Positions 10,529 through 20,444 of a DNA stretch of 64,000 nucleotides are shown here, piece by piece; within the stretch, counting starts at the first letter, position 1, and each line of letters opens with the position of its first letter. Below the pieces are notes generated by a model, which searched no databases, was not told the DNA's origin, and was given only the letters and a program-made list of their open reading frames with translations. The position numbers and the translations under genes are program-made. The stretch lies in contig OZ251992.1 in NCBI GenBank assembly GCA_965246885.1, forward strand, positions 2,496,001 to 2,560,000, written 5' to 3'. The DNA is from Abditibacterium sp. GTDB taxonomy: Bacteria > Armatimonadota > Abditibacteriia > Abditibacteriales > Abditibacteriaceae.

Positions 10529-10890
10529 AAGGGTCTGTGTTCTTAGCGTGGCCGTAGTCTACACTGGGGTTGATACCAACGCAGAAAGATAAAGGGAACG
10601 ATTATCCGGGGGACCTGAGCTACGAACAGTAGCGGAATTCCCCCTTGCTACATCTAATCTACTCACTGACCCGCATACTCTTAAGCTCTCGTATTTGGCT
10701 GAACAGCTGGACGGACGAGTTTATCTTTCCCCGCTTATCCTTTTCTCTCATCTCATAAGCCGGGCGGATTTATGGAGAAATTCGCGCGACAATTGCGGCT
10801 TTTTGGATAGAGCGGTAGGGCTGCTTTGAGCAGGCTCGAAAAAAATTCCCCAAAAAATGTTTAAAGCGCCGCGAAATTGGGCATAATGTA

Positions 10891-10904
10891 TTTACACGAG
10901 TAAA
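10891..10904. promoter_or_regulatory. Putative LacI-family operator TTTACACGAGTAAA, just downstream of a candidate -10 box (CATAAT 10882-10887)
   Basis: Near-perfect palindrome with central CG, typical of LacI-family sites. The same motif recurs inverted at 12820-12832. Confidence 0.7.
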
Positions 10905-10925
10905 TCCGTGTAAGAGGAATCACTA

Positions 10926-11945
10926 ATGGGAGCAGTAACAATGGCGGATGTGGCGGAGCGGGCCGGGGTTTCCCGGCCCACTGTGTCCTATGTTTTGAGC
11001 GGCAAGGACGCGCAGCTGTTCATCAGCGAAGCGACCAAGCTCCGCGTGTTGGAAGCGGTGAAAGAGATGGGGTATCGCCCCAACGGTAACGCGCGGGCCG
11101 TTCGCAGTGGACGGTTCAACGCTGTCGCGCTGCTGTTGTCGTTGGACACGGAGCGGTCGCATTTGCCGCCCTTGCTGTGGGAAAGTATCCATGACCAATT
11201 GGCGCTTTCCGATTTGCATCTGACGATGGCGCGCTTGCCCGACGAGCAGTTGTCGGATTCGGGGGTGGTGCCCAAAATACTGCGAGAGTGGATGTGCGAC
11301 GGTTTGCTGATTGACCTGACGCACCGCATTCCGCAACGTTTGATCCAGATGATCGAGGAACATCAGGTGCCCGCGATTTGGATCAACTCCAAACAAGAGC
11401 GGGACTGTGTGCGCCCCGATGATTTTGAAGCCGGAAAGCGGGCGGGGGAATACTTCTTGGCCCAAGGGCATCGGAGCGTGGCTTACACCACCTACTTCGA
11501 CACCGCAAGCGGCGACCCGCGCTTGCATTACAGCGCCCTCGACCGCAAAGCCGGATTGCAAGCGGCGATGGAAGAAGCGGGGGGGAGGGCCGAAGAGTTC
11601 AGTCCGTCGTGCCAGATGTCATACGCCTCGCAAGTGGCGGCGTGGAGCGAGTGGCTGGAGCGCCGGGACAGGCCGCGTGCGGTGGCTGGCTACTCTTTTC
11701 CGATGCTGCTTCCTTTGTTGCGCGCACTGGAAAACAGTGGCCGGGGCGTGCCGGGCGGGTTGGAGTTGCTAACTTTCGGGGCGCATGCCGCCCATTACCA
11801 CGAGCTACAACTGCCCACTCTCATCGAGCCAACCCGCCAAGTGGGTCGGGAAAGCGTGAAGATGTTGCTCCGTAAAATCGAGCAGCCGGAAACCCCGCTT
11901 CCCTCGCAAACGATTCCCTTTGAGTTTTCTCCCGGCTCGCCGTAA
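10926..11945 (+). CDS. LacI-family transcriptional regulator
   Basis: VTMADVAERAGVSRPTVSYVLSG HTH, YRPNGNARAVR hinge, periplasmic-binding-protein-like C-terminal domain. Confidence 0.95.
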   Translation: MGAVTMADVAERAGVSRPTVSYVLSGKDAQLFISEATKLRVLEAVKEMGYRPNGNARAVRSGRFNAVALLLSLDTERSHLPPLLWESIHDQLALSDLHLTMARLPDEQLSDSGVVPKILREWMCDGLLIDLTHRIPQRLIQMIEEHQVPAIWINSKQERDCVRPDDFEAGKRAGEYFLAQGHRSVAYTTYFDTASGDPRLHYSALDRKAGLQAAMEEAGGRAEEFSPSCQMSYASQVAAWSEWLERRDRPRAVAGYSFPMLLPLLRALENSGRGVPGGLELLTFGAHAAHYHELQLPTLIEPTRQVGRESVKMLLRKIEQPETPLPSQTIPFEFSPGSP

Positions 11946-11992
11946 GAACACTCGCTGACCACCCTTGACCGGTATTTATCCGAGTCATTGAA

Positions 11993-12020
11993 GGGTTCAG
12001 CTAAATATTTAGCTGAACCC
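11993..12020. promoter_or_regulatory. Perfect 28-bp palindrome GGGTTCAGCTAAATATTTAGCTGAACCC
   Basis: Exact inverted repeat ending 14 bp before the DUF1559 start codon. Hairpin or protein-binding site; function unknown. Confidence 0.6.
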
Positions 12021-12034
12021 ACAAAGAAGAAACC

Positions 12035-12760
12035 ATGTCTATTTCACACGGCCACCGGGCGGCCCAAAGCCCTTCGTTGCAAAAAGCGTTCACGCTCATA
12101 GAATTATTGGTAGTTATCGCTATCATCGCCATCCTTGCGGCTATCTTGTTTCCGGCCTTCGCCCGCGCCCGCGAAAATGCCCGCCGCGCCTCGTGCCAAT
12201 CCAACCTCAAGCAGATCGGCTTGGGTATCATTCAATACGTGCAGGACTACGACGAGCAACTTCCCGGCTACAACACTGGCGGCCTCTCATGGAAAGTTCA
12301 GCTCCATCCGTATGTGAAAAGCACGCAGCTTTATAGCTGTCCCTCTAACTCGGCCAACAAAGACGATTCCGACGGAAACGGGCTGGGGTTGGTGTTCAAG
12401 CGATCTTATGCCGCCAACGCCAACATGAACGGTATGCCGGGAACGGCGCCATTCACTTTGGGCAACAACGACGATGCAGGTGGCGTCAAGATGTCGTCAA
12501 TGAACGATGTGGCGCGCACCCTTCTCGTCGCGGAGACAACCAACTCCAACGAGCGTGTGCCTTGGTTCTTCAACAACGTCAACGATCTGTTCACTGGGCA
12601 TTTGGGCACGGTCAACTTCCTGTTCGCCGACGGGCATGTCAAAGCCCTCAAGCCCACCGCGACGGGTTCGCCCGTCAACATGTGGAACGTCGAGGAAGAC
12701 AACGACGCCAACCCGACTTTGATGAGCCGCCTCGGCGCGTGGGAAGCCAATCTGAAATAA
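12035..12760 (+). CDS. DUF1559 / prepilin-type N-terminal cleavage-methylation protein with H-X9-DG motif
   Basis: [35 protein letters not shown] and C-terminal [15 protein letters not shown]. Confidence 0.93.
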   Translation: MSISHGHRAAQSPSLQKAFTLIELLVVIAIIAILAAILFPAFARARENARRASCQSNLKQIGLGIIQYVQDYDEQLPGYNTGGLSWKVQLHPYVKSTQLYSCPSNSANKDDSDGNGLGLVFKRSYAANANMNGMPGTAPFTLGNNDDAGGVKMSSMNDVARTLLVAETTNSNERVPWFFNNVNDLFTGHLGTVNFLFADGHVKALKPTATGSPVNMWNVEEDNDANPTLMSRLGAWEANLK

Positions 12761-12774
12761 AGGCTCCCACCAGC

Positions 12775-12804
12775 GAAACGCCGCGACACTGCTCGCGGCG
12801 TTTC
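12775..12804 (+). terminator. GC-rich stem-loop after the DUF1559 gene (terminator or mRNA-stabilising hairpin)
   Basis: 12-bp stem GAAACGCCGCGA / TCGCGGCGTTTC with a 6-nt loop; weak U tract. Confidence 0.55.
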
Positions 12805-12819
12805 CTTATCGCCTCATAC

Positions 12820-12832
12820 TTACTCGTGTAAA
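12820..12832. promoter_or_regulatory. Second copy of the putative LacI operator (TTACTCGTGTAAA)
   Basis: Exact reverse complement of 10891-10903, about 65 bp upstream of the beta-helix hydrolase gene. Confidence 0.7.
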
Positions 12833-12895
12833 CGAGGATTGGCTCGAAATCTCTGGGCCACAACAACAGTCGAAGAAACAACCACCGGTATCACC

Positions 12896-15067
12896 ATGAA
12901 CACAACACCCAATGGCGGCAACATCTTGTCGCGCGCTGCGCTGGTCGCGGTCACTCTGGCCCTGCCCTTGGCGGTCAAAGCCGAGAACATCACTTTCCCC
13001 GCCGATAGCGGCGTTCTCGACGTGACAAAAGCGCCGTATAACGCCATTCCCAACGATGGCAAGGACGATACGGTGGCCATTCAAGCGGCGCTCAACGCTT
13101 ATCCCAACGGCGGGCGCATCATTTACTTGCCCAACGGCACGTACAACGTGAGCGATACCTTGTCGTGGCCCGCAGGCGTGGTGGGCGGCAGCGAGTACAA
13201 GAACACCATCATGCAGGGCCAAAGCAAGGCGGGGGTCGTCATCAAGCTGGTTAACGGCGCGGCGGGCTTTTCCAACCCGGCTTCCCCTAAAGCGGTCATC
13301 TTCACCGGCCCCGCCCCGGCGCAGCGCTTTCGCAACGCCATCCGCAACCTCACGGTCAATACCGGCACGGGCAACCCCGGCGCTTCGGGCATCCAGTTCA
13401 ACGCCAGCAACCAAGGCGGGTTGCGCTCGGTTTCCATCGTGTCGGGCGACGGCACGGGCGTAGCCGGGTTGGACATGGCGTTCACGAGCGAGATCGGGCC
13501 GATGCTTATCCGCGATCTGAGCGTGACGGGCTTTAGTTCTGGCATCCGCACCGGAGACGTGATTAACAGCATGACGCTGGAAAACGTGACCCTGAAGAAC
13601 CAGAAGCGGTTTGGCATTTGGAACGTCGGGCAAATCATGACGATTCGCGGCCTCACTTCCACCAACAGCGTGCCCGCCATCGTCAACGGCAACCCCGACG
13701 ATCCGGGCAGCGTGTTGGGCTGGTTCGGCGTGGTCACTTTGCTCGATGCCACCCTGACGGGCACGGGCACCGCGTCCACCCTGCCCGCTATCAGCAACGA
13801 CGGGACGGTGTATGCGCGCAACGTGTCGGCTCCGGGCTATGCCCAAGCCATCGCCGTTCCCACTCATGGCAACGGCATCGGCGCGGCGGGGCCAACGGTC
13901 GCCGAATACGCTTCGGACAACATCGCCTCTTTGAACGGCGCGCCGCAACGCTCGATGATGTTGCCCGTCAAAAGCACCCCCGATGTGGCGTGGGACGCCC
14001 TGTCCGCGTGGGCGAATCCGATGAGCTACGGCGCCATCGGCGATGGCGTCGCGGACGATACCGCCGCCATTCAAGCGGCCATTGATTCGGGGAACACGAC
14101 GGTGTATTTCCCCGGCGACAAGAAGTTCTGCATCAACGGCACCCTTTTAGTGCGCGGCGCCGTCCGGCGCATCACGGGGCTGGAAGGCAAGCTGTGCGGA
14201 AGCGGGCGCATCAAGTTCATCAACGGCACTTCCTCCACCGTTGTCTTCGAGCGGTGCGCCATTGACTACGGTTCTCCGTTGGTTTTGGAGCACGCCGCCT
14301 CGCGCACCGTCGTGCTGTCCAGCCTGCTCGCAAGTTCCATCGTGGGCAGCGGAACCGGCGACTTCTTTCTCGATGACCTGTCGGCGTATCCGTTCGTGTT
14401 TTCCAACAAAGCGCAGAACATCTGGGCGCGCCAGATCAATCCCGAAGGCGAAGACCAAGCCAAAGTCCAGAACCAAGGCGCCAAGCTGTGGATTCTGGGC
14501 CTCAAGACCGAGCGCGGCAACATCATCGTGGACACCTCGGCGGGCGGCGCGACGGAACTTTTGGGCGCGCACATCTTCAACACCACCAACCTGAACGGCT
14601 TCCCGATGTTCCGCGTGACCGACTCGCATCTCACCGTTGCCGGTGTGGGCGAAACCGTTTTCAACGGCAACTACTACCAGACCATCGTGCAGGACACGAC
14701 CAGCGGCGCCACCCAAACCCTCGCACGTGGCGGAGTGCCGACTTTGCGTGTTAACTCCAGCACGTCCATCCCGCTCTTTTCCGACTTCGCGCCAGCCGCC
14801 GCGCCGACCAACTTGGCCGCGTCCTCGATTGGCCGCACCTCGCTCACGCTCACGTGGACGGACAACAGCACCAACGAGACCGGCTACGAAGTCGAGCGCA
14901 GCACGGCGGGAGGCGCTTTCACCCGCATCGCGTCATTGGGCGCCAACACGACCGCGCGCACCGTGACCGGGCTTTCGAGCGTGACCACCTATTCTTTCCG
15001 GGTGCGCGCTATCAACCAATCGGGCGCTTCGGCCTACTCCAACACCATCACGCTTTCGACGCTGTGA
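12896..15067 (+). CDS. Secreted pectate-lyase-3/GH55-like beta-helix protein with C-terminal FN3 domain
   Basis: Signal peptide ending AVKA; two cap motifs (DGKDDTVAIQAAL and GDGVADDTAAIQAAID); C-terminal APTNLAAS...LTWTDNSTNETGYEVERS...YSFRVRAIN FN3. Confidence 0.88.
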   Translation: MNTTPNGGNILSRAALVAVTLALPLAVKAENITFPADSGVLDVTKAPYNAIPNDGKDDTVAIQAALNAYPNGGRIIYLPNGTYNVSDTLSWPAGVVGGSEYKNTIMQGQSKAGVVIKLVNGAAGFSNPASPKAVIFTGPAPAQRFRNAIRNLTVNTGTGNPGASGIQFNASNQGGLRSVSIVSGDGTGVAGLDMAFTSEIGPMLIRDLSVTGFSSGIRTGDVINSMTLENVTLKNQKRFGIWNVGQIMTIRGLTSTNSVPAIVNGNPDDPGSVLGWFGVVTLLDATLTGTGTASTLPAISNDGTVYARNVSAPGYAQAIAVPTHGNGIGAAGPTVAEYASDNIASLNGAPQRSMMLPVKSTPDVAWDALSAWANPMSYGAIGDGVADDTAAIQAAIDSGNTTVYFPGDKKFCINGTLLVRGAVRRITGLEGKLCGSGRIKFINGTSSTVVFERCAIDYGSPLVLEHAASRTVVLSSLLASSIVGSGTGDFFLDDLSAYPFVFSNKAQNIWARQINPEGEDQAKVQNQGAKLWILGLKTERGNIIVDTSAGGATELLGAHIFNTTNLNGFPMFRVTDSHLTVAGVGETVFNGNYYQTIVQDTTSGATQTLARGGVPTLRVNSSTSIPLFSDFAPAAAPTNLAASSIGRTSLTLTWTDNSTNETGYEVERSTAGGAFTRIASLGANTTARTVTGLSSVTTYSFRVRAINQSGASAYSNTITLSTL

Positions 15068-15085
15068 ACCCTCCGCTCGAACACC

Positions 15086-18000
15086 ATGACACAACACACC
15101 CAAACGCGCGCTCCGCGCGGCAACAGAATACTCCAAGGCGCGCTTTGCTTGATCGGCCTTGGCGTGGCTTCCCTTTCGCTGCGCACTTGCAGCGTCAGCG
15201 CGGCACCCAGCCAACTCGTCGCGCCCGTTTCAGTGACCGCTTCAAGCACGCAAGACGTGAAGCCGGACAAAATCATTGACGGCTCCGGCTTCAAAGCGGG
15301 CGCCAACCCCGGCGAAGGCACGCACGGCTCCGATAAATACGCCGATGGCGGCGCCATTTGGAACTCGAACTACGTTGGCGGCGCCGCCGACACCAACGCT
15401 AGCCTCACCTTTGACTTTGGCAAAGCGGTGAACATCGGCTCGTTTCGCGTGTGGAACAACAACGAGGACGTGAACGGCAACGACAACACCGGGCGCGGCT
15501 TCAAGGAAGTCGAAATCTCTACCTCGCCCGACAACCAAACCTTCTCGCCCGTCACCACCCTCACTTTCGACAAAGCCACCGGCACCAACGACTACACCGG
15601 TCAACTGCTTTCCCTACCCAAAGTCGTCAACACGCGCTACCTGCGCTTCAAGGCGAACTCCAACTGGCGCGGCGGAGATGTGTCCGGCTTGTCCGAAGTG
15701 CGCTTCTTTAGTGGCTTGAGCGCGGCGACTGGAACCGGCACCGCGACCACTGCCAACATCAATACGCAGGGCACCGGCGGCGCTTTGGCGGCGGGCCAGC
15801 AAGTAACGTTGGGCGGGCGCTCCTTCACCGTCGAAAGCGTCCAAGGCAACCGCGTCGTTTTGCTCGCGGGCGCCGCAACGGGCAATGGCGGCGCAACGGG
15901 CGGAGGCGCCACCAATACGGCGCCCGTCGCCGCGACCGGAACGCGCTTGGGCAACACCCTCGCGCCCGTTTCTGTCGTCGCGTCCAGTTCGCAAGCGTGC
16001 GACCCGCGCCGCATCATTGACGGCTCCGGTTTGCAAGAGACCGCCGATGGGTCGGGCGTCTTTGAACACTCAACCGACAAATTCGCGGGCGGCGGCACGA
16101 TGTGGAACGCCAACTATGTTGATGGCAAAGTGGACGCGAACGCGACGCTGCTTTTCGACATGGGCAAAGAGATCAGCGCGACGGGCGTCCACATCTGGAA
16201 CTACAACGAGAAGCGCGACAACTACAACGGCTTAGGGCGCGGCGTGCGCGATGTCGAGGTTTTGGCGGGTAGCTCGCCCGACGCCCTCACTTCGATTGGC
16301 ACCTACTCCTTTCCCGAAGCCATCGGCCAAGGCGATACCGGAAGCGAAGTGCCCTTCAAAGCGCCCGCAACGGCGCGCTACTTCAAGTTCGTCGTGCAGA
16401 CCACGTGGCTGGGCAACGACGTGCCCGGTTTGTCCGAAGTCCGCTTCCTCATCCCCGGCGGTGCGGCTCCGGCTACCAAAGCCACTAAGCCGGTGGCGAA
16501 GTACGCGCGCCCGACGCACCCCAAACTGGCTTTAGGCCAAGCCCTTGCCGGCGCCGAAAACATCGTCTTCCCCGCCGATGCGGGTCTCGTGGATGTGACC
16601 AAAGCCCCTTATGGTGCCAAGGGCGACGGCGTGAGCGACGACACCGCCGCCATCCAAAAGGCGCTGCAAGACTACCCCAACAAAGGCGCCATCATCTACC
16701 TGCCCAACGGCGTCTACGTCATCTCCGACACGTTGCGCTGGGGCAAAACCGACGACGGCAACTCCGAAAAGAACGAGATTCTCCAAGGCCAGAGCCGCGA
16801 CGGGACGATCATCAAGCTCAAGGACGCCGCGCCCGGTTACGGCAACAAGCGCGCCCCTAAATCTATGGCTTATACCGGCGCCGCCCCCGCCCAGCGCTTT
16901 CGCAACTCCGTGCGCAACGTCACCTTCGATACCGGCGTCGGCAACCCCGGCGCCATTGGCCTCCAATTCAACGCCAGCAACCAAGGCACCGTTCACGACG
17001 TGTCCATCGTATCGGGCGACGGGAGCGGCCCCATCGGGTTGGACATGAGCTTTACTAACGAAATCGGGCCGCTCTTGGTCAAAAACCTGCGCGTGCGTGG
17101 CTTCGACACTGGCATCAAGTGCGGCGGTTCGGTCAACTCGATGACCTTTGAACACGTCGCCGTTCAAGATCAAAACGTAGTCGGAGTTCGCAACGAAGGC
17201 CAGACCGTCACGATGCGCGACTACCGCAGCACCAACGCCGTCCCCGCTTTCGACAACGATTCCGGCTTCGTCACGCTCGTGGGCGCCACCCTGACCGGAC
17301 GCGGTGCGGCGAGCGACAAGCCCGCCATCATCAACAGCGCCGACCTGTATGCGCGCGGCGTCAAAGCCACTGGCTACACGCAAGCCATAAACGGCGCCGC
17401 TGTTAAGGGCCTGAGCCTCGTCGAATACTCCAGCAAGCCCGTCGCCAAGCTCTTCGACTCCCCGGCGGGCGCCCTCAACCTGCCCGTCAAAGAAACCCCC
17501 GAAGTGCCTTGGGACAACCTGAACGACTGGGCCAGCCCCGCGCAGTTCGGCGGCAAACCCAACGACAACCAAGACGACAGCGAAGCCATTCAAAAGGCCA
17601 TTGATTCCGGCAAAACGACTGTTTATCTGCCCAACGGCAATTGGAACATCAACCACACCGTCTTGGTGCGCGGCAAGGTGCGGCGCATCATCGGTTGCGA
17701 AGCGGCGGTTGATATCGCGGGCATGGACACCCCCGGCTTCAAGGTCGTGGACGGCGCGGCGCCCGTCGTTGTCATCGAGCGGCTCATCGGCGGCTACGCG
17801 AAGACCACGAGTGTCGAAAACGCCTCGTCGCGCACCCTCGTGATGGCCAACTTGTGCAACTTCAACGGCCACATGAGCGGGAGCGGCGATGTCTTCATCG
17901 AAGACGTCACCTCCAACCCCTTTCACGGCTGGCAATTCAGTAAGCAGAACATCTGGGCGCGCCAGTTCAACCCTGAAAACGAAGGCACGCACGTCCAAAA

Positions 18001-18307
18001 CGACGGCGGCAAGTTGTGGATACTGGGCCTGAAAACCGAGCGCGGCGGCACCCTTGTCGAAACCAAGGGCGGCGGCCAAACCGAAGTGGTGGGCGGCTTC
18101 TCCTATACCACGACGGCGGGCAAACTGGCGCCGATGTTTGTGGTGGACAACGCCCGCGCCAGTTTCTCCTTCCGCGAAGTTTGCTTTAACGGCGACCCCT
18201 TCACTACCATCGTGCGCGAAACGCGCGGCGGCCAAACCAAAATCGTGGCCGGAACTGACCCGGCGTGGGGCAGCACCTTCACCCTGTACTCCGGTCACGA
18301 CGAATAA
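15086..18307 (+). CDS. Secreted protein with two discoidin/F5-8 type C-like domains and a pectate-lyase-3/GH55-like beta-helix
   Basis: Signal peptide; two repeats of 'PVSV.ASS...IIDGSG...WN.NY...L.FD.GK...GLSEVRF'; YGAKGDGVSDDTAAIQKAL; clear paralog of the preceding gene. Confidence 0.88.
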   Translation: MTQHTQTRAPRGNRILQGALCLIGLGVASLSLRTCSVSAAPSQLVAPVSVTASSTQDVKPDKIIDGSGFKAGANPGEGTHGSDKYADGGAIWNSNYVGGAADTNASLTFDFGKAVNIGSFRVWNNNEDVNGNDNTGRGFKEVEISTSPDNQTFSPVTTLTFDKATGTNDYTGQLLSLPKVVNTRYLRFKANSNWRGGDVSGLSEVRFFSGLSAATGTGTATTANINTQGTGGALAAGQQVTLGGRSFTVESVQGNRVVLLAGAATGNGGATGGGATNTAPVAATGTRLGNTLAPVSVVASSSQACDPRRIIDGSGLQETADGSGVFEHSTDKFAGGGTMWNANYVDGKVDANATLLFDMGKEISATGVHIWNYNEKRDNYNGLGRGVRDVEVLAGSSPDALTSIGTYSFPEAIGQGDTGSEVPFKAPATARYFKFVVQTTWLGNDVPGLSEVRFLIPGGAAPATKATKPVAKYARPTHPKLALGQALAGAENIVFPADAGLVDVTKAPYGAKGDGVSDDTAAIQKALQDYPNKGAIIYLPNGVYVISDTLRWGKTDDGNSEKNEILQGQSRDGTIIKLKDAAPGYGNKRAPKSMAYTGAAPAQRFRNSVRNVTFDTGVGNPGAIGLQFNASNQGTVHDVSIVSGDGSGPIGLDMSFTNEIGPLLVKNLRVRGFDTGIKCGGSVNSMTFEHVAVQDQNVVGVRNEGQTVTMRDYRSTNAVPAFDNDSGFVTLVGATLTGRGAASDKPAIINSADLYARGVKATGYTQAINGAAVKGLSLVEYSSKPVAKLFDSPAGALNLPVKETPEVPWDNLNDWASPAQFGGKPNDNQDDSEAIQKAIDSGKTTVYLPNGNWNINHTVLVRGKVRRIIGCEAAVDIAGMDTPGFKVVDGAAPVVVIERLIGGYAKTTSVENASSRTLVMANLCNFNGHMSGSGDVFIEDVTSNPFHGWQFSKQNIWARQFNPENEGTHVQNDGGKLWILGLKTERGGTLVETKGGGQTEVVGGFSYTTTAGKLAPMFVVDNARASFSFREVCFNGDPFTTIVRETRGGQTKIVAGTDPAWGSTFTLYSGHDE

Positions 18308-18354
18308 ACCGTCCCGCCCCAAAGCGGGGGCTTCCCCGGCGCAATCCCGGAGGT

Positions 18355-18501
18355 CTCTCGCCTCACGGCGGACGTCCCTGACGGGAAGAATTCCTCCCCG
18401 GACGCGGTGACGGATGTCCCGGACGCGGTGACGGATGTCCCGGACGCGGTGACGGATGTCCCGGACGCGGTGACGGACGTCTCTCTTCTGGTGGCAGACG
18501 T
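18355..18501. repeat. 21-bp tandem repeat (CCCGGACGCGGTGACGGATGT), 4 near-perfect units plus degenerate flanks
   Basis: Units at 18397, 18418, 18439 and 18460; degenerate in-phase units at 18355, 18376 and 18481. Confidence 0.9.
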
Positions 18502-18520
18502 CCGGCCTTGTGATCTTTTC

Positions 18521-20338
18521 ATGATTTTTTTTGTTAACGGTTGCCCTGCGCACGAGGGCGCATGCGATGAGTTGGGCACGGGAACGGACGAGCAACCATT
18601 TCATTCCATTGGCGCCGCCGCGCAGGTCGCCGGGGCGGGCGATTGCGTAATTATTGGCGCGGGCATCTACCGCGAATTGGTCGCGCCGTCGCGTGGCGGG
18701 AAGGAGGGGTGCCCGCTCACCTTTTGCGCGGCACCCGGCGCGCGGGTCATTGTTACTGGCGCCGATGTGTTCATACCCCGGTGGGAACACGTGGAGGGCC
18801 GCGTCTTTCGCGCCCTCTTGCCGTTGGCGGCGGGGCAGTACAACCCCTTCGCCACCTCTGCCCGCGATTTGCCGGGCGACAAAACGCTCGGCCAGTTCTT
18901 CCGGCACGGCGAGCTTTTGCCCGAAGCGGGAAGGGGCGACGACTTGCACCGTTTGCCCGGCGCATGGAAAGCCGTCGCGGGGGGCACCGCACTGGAGTGG
19001 CACTGCCCCCAATGGTGGGGACAGCCCGATGAACAAAGCCATGCGGACGCCTTGGAAATCACCGTGCGCGCGCAGATCTTCCGGCCCGCCGTGCGCGGTT
19101 TGGGCTGGATTACGCTGCGCAATTTGGAGTTCGCCGCCGCCGCCAACCAAAGCGTCGGCGGTTTCTGGGCGCAGGGCGCGCCCCAAGCGGGCGCCGTCTC
19201 GTTTCGGTCGGGCCACCATTTCACCCTCGAAGGATGCACCGTCCGCCACGCCAACGCCGTTGGTCTCGACTGCGGAAGTGAAAACGAGGGGCGCGCCCTT
19301 GATGGGCAGGAGTGCCCGCCCCTTGCCTCCATCGGCTTTCATCTGATTCAGGGCAACGTCTTGTGCGACAACGGCGAAGCGGGCATGGTTGGCATCAACC
19401 AGACCGGCACGCGCGTCATCGGCAACCGCATCGAGCGCAACAACGCGCGCGGCTTTGGGGCCGTCGAAGAAGCGGGCATCAAGTTCCACTACTTCGTGGA
19501 CGGCGAAATCTGCGGCAACTTGGTCAGGGGCAACGACGCGCACGGCATCTGGCTGGACAACGTTTGGCACGGCTCGCGCGTGTCGCGCAACGTCTGTTTG
19601 GGCAACGTGGGAAGCGGCATCTTCATCGAAATGGGGCGCGGGCCGCTTTTGGTAGACAATAACGTGTGCGCGTTCACCAGTTGTGGGGAGGGCATCTACA
19701 CCCACGACGCGAGCGGCGTGACGCTCGCGCACAACCTGCTGTTTGGCAACGCCCACTTCGGCATCCATTGCCGCACCGTCACCGACCGCGATGTCGAGAA
19801 CCCGGCGTATTCGGGACAATGGGAGCGCGTGGCTACGGGCGAACAGCACATCCAGAACAACGTTTTCGTGGACAACTATCGCGGCGCGCTTTGCCTCGCG
19901 CCGCCCTCCGAGCGCGACCATAGCAACACGAGCGACTGGAACCTGTTTTTGGGCGGCGCACAGTGGCAATGGGAAGCGCAGGCGTGGGCAACATTTGCGC
20001 TGTCGGGCGCCGGGGGCCGCTTGCTTTCGCTCGACGAATGGCGGGCACAAACTGGCTGGGACACCCGCAGCGCCGCGCCGCACTTGGAAGCCGGAGAAGT
20101 CGTCAACGGCGCGCTCCATCAGGGTGGGATGCGCCTCGCCCACGCCGCGTGGCTCGACCTGCGCGACGCGAGCGCTTTTTGCTTGCCCTGCCCGCCTGTC
20201 GCGGGTGCCGCACTCGACTTAAACGGCGATGTGCGCCAAGGCGCCAGCACCCCACCCGGCCCTTGGGCGCGTTTGGATGCCGGTTACAACCTTCTCCCGC
20301 TTTGGCCCCTCGCCCCGGTTGATCGAGAAGTTCTTTGA
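18521..20338 (+). CDS. Right-handed parallel beta-helix protein (DUF1565/GH120-like N-terminus), probable glycan-active enzyme
   Basis: GTDEQPFHSIGAAAQVAGAGDCVIIGAGIYRE N-terminal motif; AGIKFH, GIWLD and GIFIE beta-helix rungs. ATG 18521 preferred because the upstream in-frame part is the 21-bp repeat. Confidence 0.85.
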   Translation: MIFFVNGCPAHEGACDELGTGTDEQPFHSIGAAAQVAGAGDCVIIGAGIYRELVAPSRGGKEGCPLTFCAAPGARVIVTGADVFIPRWEHVEGRVFRALLPLAAGQYNPFATSARDLPGDKTLGQFFRHGELLPEAGRGDDLHRLPGAWKAVAGGTALEWHCPQWWGQPDEQSHADALEITVRAQIFRPAVRGLGWITLRNLEFAAAANQSVGGFWAQGAPQAGAVSFRSGHHFTLEGCTVRHANAVGLDCGSENEGRALDGQECPPLASIGFHLIQGNVLCDNGEAGMVGINQTGTRVIGNRIERNNARGFGAVEEAGIKFHYFVDGEICGNLVRGNDAHGIWLDNVWHGSRVSRNVCLGNVGSGIFIEMGRGPLLVDNNVCAFTSCGEGIYTHDASGVTLAHNLLFGNAHFGIHCRTVTDRDVENPAYSGQWERVATGEQHIQNNVFVDNYRGALCLAPPSERDHSNTSDWNLFLGGAQWQWEAQAWATFALSGAGGRLLSLDEWRAQTGWDTRSAAPHLEAGEVVNGALHQGGMRLAHAAWLDLRDASAFCLPCPPVAGAALDLNGDVRQGASTPPGPWARLDAGYNLLPLWPLAPVDREVL

Positions 20339-20444
20339 TTTGGAAATCGGTGGGGCGCTCCGTAAACGCATACTTGCGCAAATCTTTGCGCACACGATGA
20401 GGCAAACGCCCGCGCGGTGCCCCGGAACCAGAGTAAAATCCGAC

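Noticed and set aside
10584..10729. 10-bp inverted repeat GAAAGATAAA / TTTATCTTTC in the divergent intergenic region
   Set aside because: Too short to support a MITE or structured RNA; no target duplication or known RNA motif recognised.
16532..20143. 1203-aa minus-strand ORF
   Set aside because: Antisense shadow of two well-supported plus-strand genes in high-GC DNA; it crosses the 21-bp repeat and has no recognisable motifs.
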